This document shows, piece after piece, positions 9,991 to 19,987 of a stretch of DNA of 64,000 nt (position 1 is the first letter of the stretch; each line of letters begins with the position of its first letter). The notes beneath the pieces were generated by a model. That model was not told where the DNA came from. It saw nothing but the letters and a program-made list of their open reading frames with translations, and ran no database searches. The position numbers and the translations under genes are program-made. Origin of the DNA: an uncultured bacterium (GTDB lineage: Bacteria > Krumholzibacteriota > Krumholzibacteriia > Krumholzibacteriales > Krumholzibacteriaceae); contig CAWBAN010000003.1 in NCBI GenBank assembly GCA_963786935.1, positions 128,001-192,000 of the forward strand. The letters are read 5' to 3'.

Positions 9991-10695
9991 ATGAGAGTAT
10001 TGAGAATATTCGTCATATCGGCTGCCGCGATGCTCATCGCCGGCGCGGCCTACGCGGTGTGTGCGCATGCGCCCCTGCAGGGATCGTACTCGACGACCAA
10101 CGGCTCGATGATCGGCGGGCGCGTGTCCGAGGCGTTCTGCAGCGGCGTCGGCCCCGGCCAGCCGGGCAACATGCAGAACGCGATGTCCTGGAACGGCGCG
10201 GCTCTCGGAACGCAGTGGACCGTGAGCGGCATGACGATCGACGCCGCCGGCGCCGTCCTCAAGAAGGACGCGGTCGACGGCTCGGGCTTCGGCTACCGGG
10301 ATTACGTCACCAACTACACCGGCGGAACGTTCTGGCTGTCGGGCGCCGGCGCATGGGGAGATGGGCTCGGGGACTTCACCGGCACGATCACCTATTACAA
10401 CGTCAGCACGAGGATCAGCTTCATGGGCGGCATGCCGATCGGAGCGACGTCCAATATCAGCTTCCGCGGCGCGTTCGCCGACTGCGCCTACTGCTTCATC
10501 GACTACGCGGTGGCGAACTCGATGCTCATGTGGACGACCGGCGACGGCGCGATGCCCGCGAACTACCCGCCGTTCCTCTGTAGCGCGAACGCCGGCGAGC
10601 TGCACGACGTCTGCTGCGTCACGATGCACATCCTCTGCGACGTGACGGCGACCGAAGACAGCGCGTGGGGAGCGATCAAGAGCCTCTATCGCTAG
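9991..10695 (+). CDS. Exported Cys-rich hypothetical protein with C-terminal WGAIKSLYR tag
   Basis: Signal peptide MRVLRIFVISAAAMLIAGAAYA; ends TEDSAWGAIKSLYR; paralog of 1..307. Confidence 0.88.
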   Translation: MRVLRIFVISAAAMLIAGAAYAVCAHAPLQGSYSTTNGSMIGGRVSEAFCSGVGPGQPGNMQNAMSWNGAALGTQWTVSGMTIDAAGAVLKKDAVDGSGFGYRDYVTNYTGGTFWLSGAGAWGDGLGDFTGTITYYNVSTRISFMGGMPIGATSNISFRGAFADCAYCFIDYAVANSMLMWTTGDGAMPANYPPFLCSANAGELHDVCCVTMHILCDVTATEDSAWGAIKSLYR

Positions 10696-10723
10696 ACGCC
10701 GCATCCTATTTCCTGTACGGTAC

Positions 10724-10755
10724 GGGGGTCGGCCCGATGTGGCCGGCCCCCTTTT
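10724..10755 (+). terminator. Intrinsic terminator
   Basis: gggggtcggcc/ggccggccccc stem followed by tttt. Confidence 0.7.
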
Positions 10756-10779
10756 CGTGCGCCAGCTGAGGAGGATCGG

Positions 10780-12480
10780 ATGAAAGGAATGGTGCTCGTG
10801 ATCTTCATGCTCGCCGCGCTGACCCCCGATTTCGCTTCGGCGTACGACAGGCCGGCGGGGAAAATGCACGCCTCTCGCTCCGAGACGATCGCCGAGCACG
10901 GCATGGTGTGCGCGGCGCAGCCCCTCGCCGTCGAGATCGGCGTCGGGATTCTCAAGGCGGGCGGGAGCGCCGTCGACGCGGCGATCGCCGTGAACGCCGC
11001 GCTCGGGCTCATGGAGCCCGTCTCGTGCGGCGTCGGCGGCGATCTCTTCGCCATCGTGTGGGACGCGAAGACGCAGAAGCTCTACGGCCTCAACGCGAGC
11101 GGCCGGGCCCCGGCGCTGCTGACGATCGACGAGGTGAAGAAGCGGGGATTGTCCTCGATGCCGTACACGGGCGTCGTGCCGCAGACCGTGCCCGGCTGCG
11201 TCGACGGCTGGTTCGAGCTCCACACAAAGTTCGGGAAGCTCCCGATGAAGGATCTGCTCGCGCCCGCGATTAAATACGCGGAGGAAGGCTTCCCGGTGAC
11301 CGAGGTCATCGCGCACTACTGGGCGATCGGCGGCCGGCGCCTCAAGGACGAGCCGAATTTCTCCGCGACCTATCTTCCCGGCGGCCGCGCGCCGTCGACG
11401 GGGGAGATCTTCCGCAATCCCGACCTCGCGCGGACCTACCGGATTCTCGCGAAAGACGGGCGCGACGCCTTCTACTGCGGCGAGCTCGCCCGGACGATCG
11501 ACGCCTTCGAGCGCCGCATCGGCGGCTACCTGAGGCTCGGCGATCTCGAGAAGCACTCGTCGACATGGGTGCAGCCGGTGAGCGCCGGCTACCGCGGCTA
11601 CGACCTCTGGGAGCTCCCGCCGAACGGGCAGGGGATCGCCGCGCTCCAGATGCTCAACATCCTCGAAGGCTACGATCTCTCGAAGCTCGGATTCGGGAGC
11701 GCCGAGGCGCTCCATCTCATGATCGAGGCGAAGAAGCTCGCCTTCGAGGACGCGGCACGATTCTACGCCGATCCCGATTTCGTGAAGGTGCCGGTCGAGC
11801 GGCTCGTTTCGAAGGAGTACGCCGCCGAGCGGCGCGCGCTCATCTCGATGGAACGCGCGCTCCGCGAGATCCCGCCGGGGGACGTGCGTCTCGAGACGGG
11901 CGAGACGACGTACCTCGTCGTCGCCGACAAGGACCGCAACTTCGTCTCGCTCATCCAGAGCAACTACGCCGGCTTCGGCTCGGGCCCCGTGCCCGACGGG
12001 CTCGGATTCTGCCTGCAGGACCGGGGCGCCCTCTTCAACCTCGACCCGAAGCACCCGAACGCGCTCGTTCCGGGAAAGCGCCCCTTCCACACGATCATTC
12101 CCGCGATGGTCACGCGCGAGGGGAAGCCGGTATTCGCCTTCGGCGTCATGGGAGGCTCGATGCAGCCGCAGGGACACGTGCAGGTGCTCTGCAACATCAT
12201 CGACTTCGGGATGAATATTCAAGAGGCGGGGGATGCCCCGCGGTTCAATCACTCCGGGTCGTCGGAGCCGACGGGCGAAATCATGCGGGACGGCGGCGAG
12301 GTGGCGCTCGAGAACGGATTCGCGCCCGAGGCCGTCCGCTCCCTCATGGAGAAGGGGCACAAGGTCGTGGGGGACACCGGCGGCTTCGGCGGCTATCAGG
12401 GCATCTGGTGGGACTGGAAGAGCGACGTTCTGCGCGGCGGCTCCGAGTCCCGCAAGGACGGCTGCGCGATGGGGTACTAG
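10780..12480 (+). CDS. ggt: Gamma-glutamyltransferase
   Basis: GGSAVDAAIA, GVGGDLFAIV, ELPPNGQG, catalytic ETT, PGKRPFHTIIP, GVMGG..QPQGH. Confidence 0.93.
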   Translation: MKGMVLVIFMLAALTPDFASAYDRPAGKMHASRSETIAEHGMVCAAQPLAVEIGVGILKAGGSAVDAAIAVNAALGLMEPVSCGVGGDLFAIVWDAKTQKLYGLNASGRAPALLTIDEVKKRGLSSMPYTGVVPQTVPGCVDGWFELHTKFGKLPMKDLLAPAIKYAEEGFPVTEVIAHYWAIGGRRLKDEPNFSATYLPGGRAPSTGEIFRNPDLARTYRILAKDGRDAFYCGELARTIDAFERRIGGYLRLGDLEKHSSTWVQPVSAGYRGYDLWELPPNGQGIAALQMLNILEGYDLSKLGFGSAEALHLMIEAKKLAFEDAARFYADPDFVKVPVERLVSKEYAAERRALISMERALREIPPGDVRLETGETTYLVVADKDRNFVSLIQSNYAGFGSGPVPDGLGFCLQDRGALFNLDPKHPNALVPGKRPFHTIIPAMVTREGKPVFAFGVMGGSMQPQGHVQVLCNIIDFGMNIQEAGDAPRFNHSGSSEPTGEIMRDGGEVALENGFAPEAVRSLMEKGHKVVGDTGGFGGYQGIWWDWKSDVLRGGSESRKDGCAMGY

Positions 12481-12521
12481 GAGTCGTCCCGGGCCCGCGG
12501 AGCTTCCGGCGCGGCGCGGCG

Positions 12522-13079
12522 TCAGCCTCGAGACAAAAGCACCGCCCTGCTCCGCGCGATCTTCGGATAATCGACGATCTTGAAACCGGCCTTTTGTGCG
12601 GCGGCGATGGAGTCCGCGTAAGCGCACCCCGAGACGTGCATTTTCGGCTCCACGACGAGGAAGCAGGCGTCCGGGGCGAGGGTCGACCGCACGAGCGCAA
12701 AGAACGCCTCAGCGTCCGGCACCTCGTGCACCATGTAAAAGGCGAGCGCGAAGTCGACTTTCCCCGCGAGGTCCTTCGCCCAGTCGCCGTCGGATTTGAC
12801 GAGGCGCGTCTCGATGCGGTGCAGAAGCCCCGCTTTCGCCGCGCGCTTCTCGATCTGAGCGAGCATCGGGAGCTGGACGTCCGCTGCGATGACCCTGCCG
12901 TCGGCGCCGGCAAACCGCGCGAGATCGAGGGTGAAGGTCGCCATGCCGGGGCCGAGATCGAGCACGGTCATCCCCGGGCGCACGTGCGGCGCGATGATCT
13001 TCCGCGGATCGTGAACGAATCTCCTGAGGGGATTCGAGAGAAAATATCCGAACCACCAGGGACAGACGTGCGGCGACAT
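12522..13079 (-). CDS. Class I SAM-dependent methyltransferase
   Basis: HVCPWW N-terminus, VLDLGPGMA motif I, FYMVHEVPD; GGAGG RBS. Confidence 0.85.
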   Translation of the reverse strand: MSPHVCPWWFGYFLSNPLRRFVHDPRKIIAPHVRPGMTVLDLGPGMATFTLDLARFAGADGRVIAADVQLPMLAQIEKRAAKAGLLHRIETRLVKSDGDWAKDLAGKVDFALAFYMVHEVPDAEAFFALVRSTLAPDACFLVVEPKMHVSGCAYADSIAAAQKAGFKIVDYPKIARSRAVLLSRG

Positions 13080-13257
13080 GGTTCCTCCTTCAAGGGGGCA
13101 GCGCCCCTCGGGGGCGTCAGGATAGGGGAGCATCGCCCTCGGGGCCGTCAGTATAGCCGATCAGCGGCAATTCGTATCAATTTTTTATTGCACTTCCCGG
13201 CAAGTTCGGCTAGCTTCGGATTAACGGTAAACTCGAACTCGAACCAGGAGGTCGAAC

Positions 13258-13404
13258 ATGAAGAAGGTAGTCCTCTGCAGCGGAAGCAAGTGCTGCCCCG
13301 AGGCCCTCATCGACGGCGATCTCGTGAAGATCACGGACGACGACGGCGGCACGGTCAAGTTGACCAAAGAGCAGGTCAAGATTCTCTGGGAAAACCTGAA
13401 GTAA
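13258..13404 (+). CDS. 48-aa Cys-motif small protein (absent from the ORF track)
   Basis: MKKVVLCSGSKCCPEALIDGDLVKITDDDGGTVKLTKEQVKILWENLK; AGGAGG RBS; host-like codon usage; stop 3 nt before kynU. Confidence 0.75.
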   Translation: MKKVVLCSGSKCCPEALIDGDLVKITDDDGGTVKLTKEQVKILWENLK

Positions 13405-13407
13405 CCC

Positions 13408-14745
13408 ATGAGGGATGCGGGTTCGCATAGAGGCGCTCCGGAGCGATCCGGAGCGCCTTCTGGTTTTCGGGACACATCCGAAGAATGCGCGTTCGCGCTG
13501 GACGTCGATTGCCCGCTCGCCCCGTTTCGCTCGCGGTTCAGGATTCCCCCCGGCACCATCTACATGGACGGCAATTCCCTCGGCCTTCTCTCGCGGGACG
13601 CCGAGGAGTCGCTCGCCCGCGCCGTCGACGCGTGGAAGCTGCTCGGCATCCGCGGCTGGCTCGAGGCGGAGCCGCCGTGGTTCTATCTCGCGGAGCGGCT
13701 CGGCGCCCTCGCGGCGCCGCTCGTCGGGGCGTCCCCCGAAGAGGTGGTTGCGACGGGGACGACCACGCTCAACGTTCACTCCCTCGTCGGAACGCTGTAC
13801 CGCCCCGCCGGAAGACGGACGAAGATCATCGCGAGCGCCCTCGAGTTTCCGACGGACATCTACGCGCTGCGCAGCTGGGTCTCCCTGCGCGGACTCGATC
13901 CCGCGGAGCATCTGGTGCTCCTCCCGCCGTCCGCGGACGGTCTCGTCGACGAGAGCGCGGTCATCGAGCGCATGACCGACGACGTCGCGCTCGCCCTCCT
14001 CTCGTCGGTGCTCTACCGGAGCGGCCAGCTCCTCGACATTGAGACGCTCGCGCGCGCCGCGCGGGAGCGGGGCGTGACGATCGGCTTCGATTGCTCGCAT
14101 TCCGTCGGGGCCGTGCCGCACCGCTTCGACGAATGGGGGATCGACTTCGCGCTCTGGTGCGGGTACAAGTATCTCAACGGTGGGCCGGGGGCGCCGGCGT
14201 TCCTGTACCTCAACCGCAGACACTTCGATCGCATGCCGGCGCTCGCCGGCTGGTTCGGCTGCGTCAAAGAGCGGCAGTTCGAAATGAGCGCCGGATTCGA
14301 GCACGCGCCAAGTGCGGGGGGCTGGCAGCTCTCGTCCCCCGGAATTCTCGCCTCCTCGGCGCTCCTCGGCGCTCTCGGGATCACGCTCGAGGCGGGAATC
14401 GATGCCATCCGCGCGGAATCGCTCCGCAAGACATCGTACTTCATATATCTTGTGGAAGAGCTCCTCGCCGGAGAGCCGTACCGCTTCCGCGTCGGCACGC
14501 CGCGCGAAGCGGCGCGCCGCGGCGGGCACGTGGCGGTCGAGCATTCGGAAGCGTGGAGAATGTGCGAGGCGCTCAAGAAGCGCGGCGTCGTGCCGGATTT
14601 CCGGCCGCCGAACGTCATACGGCTCGCGCCGATCGCGCTTTACAGCACCTACCACGAGATCTGGACCGTCGTGAGGCACCTGCGGGAGATCGTCCAGCGG
14701 CGGGAGCACGAGTCGTTCGATCGCGCGCCGCGGGTCATTCCCTGA
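13408..14745 (+). CDS. kynU: Kynureninase
   Basis: IYMDGNSLGL, EFPTDIY, DCSHSVGAVP, WCGYKYLNGGPG, RGGHV, PDFRPP. Confidence 0.92.
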   Translation: MRDAGSHRGAPERSGAPSGFRDTSEECAFALDVDCPLAPFRSRFRIPPGTIYMDGNSLGLLSRDAEESLARAVDAWKLLGIRGWLEAEPPWFYLAERLGALAAPLVGASPEEVVATGTTTLNVHSLVGTLYRPAGRRTKIIASALEFPTDIYALRSWVSLRGLDPAEHLVLLPPSADGLVDESAVIERMTDDVALALLSSVLYRSGQLLDIETLARAARERGVTIGFDCSHSVGAVPHRFDEWGIDFALWCGYKYLNGGPGAPAFLYLNRRHFDRMPALAGWFGCVKERQFEMSAGFEHAPSAGGWQLSSPGILASSALLGALGITLEAGIDAIRAESLRKTSYFIYLVEELLAGEPYRFRVGTPREAARRGGHVAVEHSEAWRMCEALKKRGVVPDFRPPNVIRLAPIALYSTYHEIWTVVRHLREIVQRREHESFDRAPRVIP

Positions 14746-14798
14746 TTCGCGTGGGCTTCTGCGGCGCATCCTTGCAGCGGGGCGCCGCTCGCAGTCCG

Positions 14799-16553
14799 CT
14801 ACTCGAGGTTCAGCAGATACTCCTCCCAATCCCCCGGAAACTCGATCGTGTAGGCGATCCGGATCTCGATCTTCTGCTTCGGGGCGGGGGAGAGGTTCCA
14901 CGTCAGGATGCCGTCCTCGCGCTCCTCGGCGGGCTTCGGCTCGAGGTCGACGTTCGTCACCTTGATCTCCTTGACCGCCGGGACCGGGACGCGGTCCTGC
15001 AGCTTCACGCCCGCGGCGGCCTGCTTGAAGCTCTCGAGCGTGATCAGATAGCTGTACCGGATCTTCCGGACGGGGGCGCCTTCCTTCGTGATGTATTCCT
15101 TCTTCTCGAGCTTGTGCGTGACCTTGATGTCCTGATCGATCCCGAGGTGAACGGGGAACTCCTGACCGGCCGCCACCGTTTTGAGCATCTCCTTGCCGAC
15201 GAAGCTCGAGGTCCTGCCCTGCGCGCCCGGGGCCGCGGATTCGATGTAGACGTCCGCGGGACCGGCGAGAAGAGGCGCTCCGAGCGAGTTCGTCGCGTCC
15301 CCCGTGACGTAGACGTTCTGCGAGAGGCGGGGCGCCGTGTACCGCGAGAGCTTCCCCGTGAGCGTGCCCTGGAGAACGAGCACGCGCCGCGGATCGCGGC
15401 CGCTCGGAAGATCGACCGCCTTCGGGATCGAGAAGCTCGCGGCGAACTCGGACAAGGCGAGCTCGGCCTCGGGAATCTCCGCCTTGTACTCCTCCTCGGG
15501 GGGCGCCGGGGCGGGAAGCGCATCGGCGCTCGTTCGCGCAGTCCCGCTCTTCAAGGCGACGGCGCCCATGGCGCTCTCTTCCGCCATGGGCCGCATCCGC
15601 ATTATTTGCTGCAGGTAGTGCGGTGCGATCTCGGGGGGTGCCGCGCCGATCTGCGGCCGCGCCGTGGAGAGCGTGACGGCGACGTTCTTCCAGTCTTCGC
15701 CGGTGAACTGCCTGATCCACGCGTTGTAGGCGAGATCGATCGACTCCTTCGCCGTGTCGTAGCGGACCTGGTATTCCGGGCCCCACTGCGCGCCGGCGAC
15801 GTTGTAGGTGAGCGCGAGCTCGAGCGTTCCCGGGGAGGCTATCTCGCAATCGACGACGACGCGGCGGCTCCAGTCGCCCTTCGTCTGCATTTCGTTGATC
15901 TGGCCCATGACCCAGTTGATCTCCTCGGTGATCTTCGCGATGCGTTTGCTGAGACCGTCGCCCTTTTCGCTCATTCTCATGCGCTCCGAATGGATGAAAT
16001 CGAGGACGCTCTTCCAGTCCTGCACGCGGAAGATCTCGGTCGCGAGCTTCGTGCTTCCCTTTTCGAAGGGGAACTTCGCGTAGTTGTCCAGAAACTCCGC
16101 GGAGCTCATGAGCGCCCCCTGCTCCATCTGGAGCGAGTCGCGCCGGGCCGTGAGCCTGTCGAGCTTTTCCTTGAGCTCTTTGTAGCGCGGGGAATCCGCC
16201 GCGAGCCCCTGCACCCGAACGACGTCGATCCCCATGATGCGCGCGCGGGCCGTGCCCGCGCCCTCGACCTGAAGGGAGGATTCGTCGAACGTGCGCGGGA
16301 GGTCCGCGCAGACGAGCTTGTAGAGCCCCGCGGCGAGCTCGACCCGGCCGGTTCTCGTCACCTGCGCGCGGTCCGAATATACCGTGGCGGCCGCGATCCG
16401 CGTCGTGAGGGGAGTTTCTTTCGCATCGGACGCGCCGGCTGAGGCGACGCCGAGAAACGAAAGCGCGAGCGCGGCGAACGATAGGACGATCGCGGCGCAC
16501 CAAACGCCGATCGCGAGCGATCCGAATCGCGTCGGCCTGTCTCTGAAGCTCAT
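14799..16553 (-). CDS. DUF4140/DUF4139 (MuiA-like) exported protein
   Basis: ATVYSDRAQVTR, a coiled coil, QFTGEDW..V..TLSTARP, QDRVPV, GILTW. Confidence 0.85.
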   Translation of the reverse strand: MSFRDRPTRFGSLAIGVWCAAIVLSFAALALSFLGVASAGASDAKETPLTTRIAAATVYSDRAQVTRTGRVELAAGLYKLVCADLPRTFDESSLQVEGAGTARARIMGIDVVRVQGLAADSPRYKELKEKLDRLTARRDSLQMEQGALMSSAEFLDNYAKFPFEKGSTKLATEIFRVQDWKSVLDFIHSERMRMSEKGDGLSKRIAKITEEINWVMGQINEMQTKGDWSRRVVVDCEIASPGTLELALTYNVAGAQWGPEYQVRYDTAKESIDLAYNAWIRQFTGEDWKNVAVTLSTARPQIGAAPPEIAPHYLQQIMRMRPMAEESAMGAVALKSGTARTSADALPAPAPPEEEYKAEIPEAELALSEFAASFSIPKAVDLPSGRDPRRVLVLQGTLTGKLSRYTAPRLSQNVYVTGDATNSLGAPLLAGPADVYIESAAPGAQGRTSSFVGKEMLKTVAAGQEFPVHLGIDQDIKVTHKLEKKEYITKEGAPVRKIRYSYLITLESFKQAAAGVKLQDRVPVPAVKEIKVTNVDLEPKPAEEREDGILTWNLSPAPKQKIEIRIAYTIEFPGDWEEYLLNLE

Positions 16554-16577
16554 GACAACCTCCTTGGAATCGATCGA

Positions 16578-17675
16578 TCAAAAGACGACGGCGACGGAGT
16601 CCCCCTGCACGCGCACGACATTCATCCGCGGGGCCCATTCCCGCTCCGCGTACGTGTAGTTGCCGCCGGGGCCGCTGAAATCGCCGATCTTCTTCATGGC
16701 GTTCGCGATGTTGATACGTTCCGCGCGCTTGATGTCGACCGCCTTCGCGACGATGCGCATCGCGTCGTACTCGAAGATGCCGGCCGGCGTCGGCGCCGCG
16801 TTGAATTTCTTCCGATACCGCTCGGCGAACTCGGGATTGCCCGAGAGCTCGAGGGCGGGGACGGCGTAGTAGCATCCGTCGCGCGACGGGCCGGCGAGCG
16901 CGGCGAACGCCGGATCCCCGAAATCGGGCGAGCCGACGATCGCTCCCTTGAATCCGGCCGCGCGGAGCCCGGCGAGAACGCCGGCCGCGGCCTTGCCGGC
17001 TCCGAAGACGTACACGGCGCCCGGATCCTGCGAGAGCGCCATGCTGACCGCCGATTTGATCGACGCGGCGTCGTCGATGAACGGCTCCGCGACGAGCAGC
17101 TTGATGCCGAGCGCCGGGAGCTCGTTCTTGAACGCCTTCGCGGCGTCGTTTCCGTCGTCGTCGTTGAAATAGAGCACGGAGGCCCGGTCGACCTTGAGCG
17201 GCGACGCGAGGAATCCCGCGGTCGTTCTGATATCGAGCATCGTGTTCGGGACGATCCTGAACGCGTTCAAATGCATCGTCGTGATGAGCGGATGCCTGCA
17301 GCCGGCGAAGACGGGGACGACCTCGATCTCCGCCTTCGGCGTGACGGCGAGGCAGGCGAATCGGGACACGACGAAGCAGACGAGGATCTTCTTGTCGAGG
17401 AGCTGGCTCTTGAAGGCCGCGACGGCCGCCCCCGGATCGTTCCCGTCGCCGTCGACGACGAGCTCGTACCGGACCGTCGGATTCGAGGCGTTGAGCTCCT
17501 CGATCGCGAGCTGGAGCCCGTGCAGGTGCTGGGCGCCGATATCGGCCCCCGCTCCGCCGAGCGGCAGTATCGCGCCGATCCTGATGATCTCCGGTTTATT
17601 GCCGCAGCCGGCCGGCAGCGCGAGGGCGCAGCAGGCGGCAACGACAGCGATGCGTCGAAGAAGCGACATGCTCAT
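16578..17675 (-). CDS. Type-1 periplasmic binding lipoprotein (LivJ/K-like)
   Basis: Lipobox LPAGC, IRIGAILPLGG, YDAM...A near the C-terminus. Confidence 0.8.
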   Translation of the reverse strand: MSMSLLRRIAVVAACCALALPAGCGNKPEIIRIGAILPLGGAGADIGAQHLHGLQLAIEELNASNPTVRYELVVDGDGNDPGAAVAAFKSQLLDKKILVCFVVSRFACLAVTPKAEIEVVPVFAGCRHPLITTMHLNAFRIVPNTMLDIRTTAGFLASPLKVDRASVLYFNDDDGNDAAKAFKNELPALGIKLLVAEPFIDDAASIKSAVSMALSQDPGAVYVFGAGKAAAGVLAGLRAAGFKGAIVGSPDFGDPAFAALAGPSRDGCYYAVPALELSGNPEFAERYRKKFNAAPTPAGIFEYDAMRIVAKAVDIKRAERINIANAMKKIGDFSGPGGNYTYAEREWAPRMNVVRVQGDSVAVVF

Positions 17676-17793
17676 CCCGCGACCTCCCGATTGGAATTGC
17701 GCCCCTCATCCTATCAGATAAAAGCCGTTGAAAAGAACGCTTTTTCGATGCATATTAGCCCTGCCGAATTCATAAACCGCAAGGAGCCGATCG

Positions 17794-18984
17794 ATGAAGA
17801 ACATTCATAAATACCATATGGATACGCAGTGCGTCCACGCCGGGTTCAAGGGCGAGCAGACCGGGGCGGTCGTGACGCCGATCTACCAGGTTTCCACCTT
17901 CGCGTTCAGGGACGCGGATCACGGGGCGGATCTCTTCGGGGGGAAAGGCGAGGGTTACATCTACACGAGAATGGCGAATCCTACCGTGCAGGCATGCGAG
18001 CGCGCCGTGGCGGAGCTCGAGGGGGGCTTCGGGGGCCTCGGATGCGGCTCGGGGATGGCGGCGATCCATACGACCTTCGCCGCGCTGCTTCGCGCCGGGG
18101 ATCACGCCGTCTGCTCGTCGGTCGTCTACGGTCCGACCCAGACGCTCCTGGCCGGCGTCATGTCGCGCTTCGGCATCGAAGCGACATTCGTCGACACCGC
18201 CGACACGGCCGCCGTGAAGAAGGCGATGCGTCCGAACACGAGGCTCGTTTTCGTCGAGACGCCGGGGAATCCCGTGCTCTCGGTGAGCGATCTCGCCGCA
18301 ATCGCGGAGATCGCTCATCGGGGAGGCGCCAAGCTCGCCGTCGACAACACCTTCATGAGCCCCGTGCTTCAACGGCCGATCGCGCTCGGCGCCGATGTCG
18401 TCGTTCACTCGATGACGAAGTTCCTCAACGGGCACGCCGACGTCGTCGCCGGCATGATCGTCGTGAAGACGGAGGAGGAATACGGCGCGTTCCGGAAGGT
18501 CCTGAACCAGCTCGGCGGGGTCATCGATCCGTTCAACTCGTTCCTCGTCTCCCGCGGGATCAAGACGCTCGCGCTCCGGATGGAGCGCCACTGCGCGAGC
18601 GCCGAGAAGGTCGCGCGGTATCTCGCGAAGCATCCGAAGGTCTCGAAGGTCAACTATCCGTGGCTCGAGTCCCATCCGCAGCACGCGCTGGCGAAGCGGC
18701 AGATGAAGGGAGGAGGCGGCGTCGTGAGCTTCGAGCTCGCCGGCGGCATCGAAGCGGGGAAGACCCTCATGAACTCGCTCCATCTCTGCACGCTCGCCGT
18801 GAGCCTCGGCGGCGTCGAAACGCTCATCGAGCATCCCGCTTCGATGACGCACGCCTCGATGGGGGCCGCGGCGCGCGCGGCGGCCGGCATCCCGGAGGGG
18901 CTCGTGCGGATTTCGGTGGGCATCGAGGACGCCGGAGAGATCGTCGCCGACCTCGATCAGGGGCTCGCGGCGATCAAAGGGTAG
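17794..18984 (+). CDS. Cys/Met metabolism PLP enzyme (methionine gamma-lyase / cystathionine lyase-like)
   Basis: PIYQVSTF, YTRMANPT, VDNTF, HSMTKFLNGH, VSLGGVETLIEHPASMTH. Confidence 0.9.
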   Translation: MKNIHKYHMDTQCVHAGFKGEQTGAVVTPIYQVSTFAFRDADHGADLFGGKGEGYIYTRMANPTVQACERAVAELEGGFGGLGCGSGMAAIHTTFAALLRAGDHAVCSSVVYGPTQTLLAGVMSRFGIEATFVDTADTAAVKKAMRPNTRLVFVETPGNPVLSVSDLAAIAEIAHRGGAKLAVDNTFMSPVLQRPIALGADVVVHSMTKFLNGHADVVAGMIVVKTEEEYGAFRKVLNQLGGVIDPFNSFLVSRGIKTLALRMERHCASAEKVARYLAKHPKVSKVNYPWLESHPQHALAKRQMKGGGGVVSFELAGGIEAGKTLMNSLHLCTLAVSLGGVETLIEHPASMTHASMGAAARAAAGIPEGLVRISVGIEDAGEIVADLDQGLAAIKG

Positions 18985-18994
18985 GGAGCGTCAC

Positions 18995-19618
18995 ATGCTC
19001 GCATGGAACGAATACGTCCAGATCATCATCGCGCTCATCGTGATCATCGATCCCCTCGGCGCGATCCCGATCTTCATCGGCCTCACCGCGAATCAGTCCA
19101 ACGAGCAGCGGAAGCGCACGGCGTACGTCGCCTCTCTCTCCGTCGCGATCATCCTCGTCGTGTCGTGCTTCATCGGCGAGTATATCCTCAAGCTCTTCGG
19201 GATCTCGATCGCGTCCTTCAGGATCGGCGGAGGCATTCTTCTCATGCTCATGTCGATCGCGATGATGAACGCGAAGATCAGCCCGGCGAAGCGCACCGAG
19301 GCCGAGGAGGAGGAGGCGCACGGGAAGGAGCACATCGCCGTCGTGCCGCTCGCGATCCCGCTCTTGGCCGGTCCCGGCGCGATCAGTCTCGCGATCATCT
19401 ACTCGGAGAAGATCACGGGCGTCGTCAACACGGGCTTTCTCGTGCTCAGCTGCATCGTCGTCGCCGCTCTCATGTGGGGCGCTCTGAGGCTGTCCACGCG
19501 CATTTCGAAGGTGCTCGGCCATACGGGGATCAACATCGCGACGCGCATCATGGGGCTGATACTGGCCGCCATTTCCATCGAGTTCATCGCGAGCGGCTAC
19601 AAGGTGCTGTTCAGGTAG
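18995..19618 (+). CDS. MarC/YchE family membrane protein
   Basis: DPLGAIP, FRIGGGILL, VPLAIPLLAGPGAI, RIMGLILAAI. Confidence 0.92.
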   Translation: MLAWNEYVQIIIALIVIIDPLGAIPIFIGLTANQSNEQRKRTAYVASLSVAIILVVSCFIGEYILKLFGISIASFRIGGGILLMLMSIAMMNAKISPAKRTEAEEEEAHGKEHIAVVPLAIPLLAGPGAISLAIIYSEKITGVVNTGFLVLSCIVVAALMWGALRLSTRISKVLGHTGINIATRIMGLILAAISIEFIASGYKVLFR

Positions 19619-19716
19619 CCCGATACGCGGGTCCTGCCGGCGATTGCACCCCATCCGTGCTCGCGGTGCTGCGCGCGGATGGGGACCCCATCGCCGTCAC
19701 CCGCTACCGGTGCATG

Positions 19717-19900
19717 TGCGGAGGCCCCGATCGAGGCGGCTATTCTGGGCATAGACGCCTCGCCTGCCTGCCAACGAATCGCGCACAAGGCATTTCGACT
19801 TCAACGAGTTGGGATAAGCAACTCGGCGATTGCCGGGAGGCTCGGCGTCGCCGACAAAACGGTGGCTAGGACTATTGCACGGTTCAAGTGGCGCAAGCAT
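19717..19900 (+). repeat. Degenerate junction element, copy 1 (HTH-coding remnant)
   Basis: Similar at nucleotide and protein level to 22777-22880 and 30313-30360; reads AEAPIEAAIL...GISNSAIAGRLGVADKTVAR. Confidence 0.6.
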
Positions 19901-19987
19901 CTTGACGCGGAATCGAATCTCCTATAGTATTCTCCACAAGCGGAATCCAATATCTCTAACCTGCAATCACCGAACGGGGGGATACCC

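Noticed and set aside
17794..18984. Gene symbol megL or metB
   Set aside because: The family is clear, but YGPT replaces the YGCT typical of characterised methionine gamma-lyases, so specificity is uncertain.
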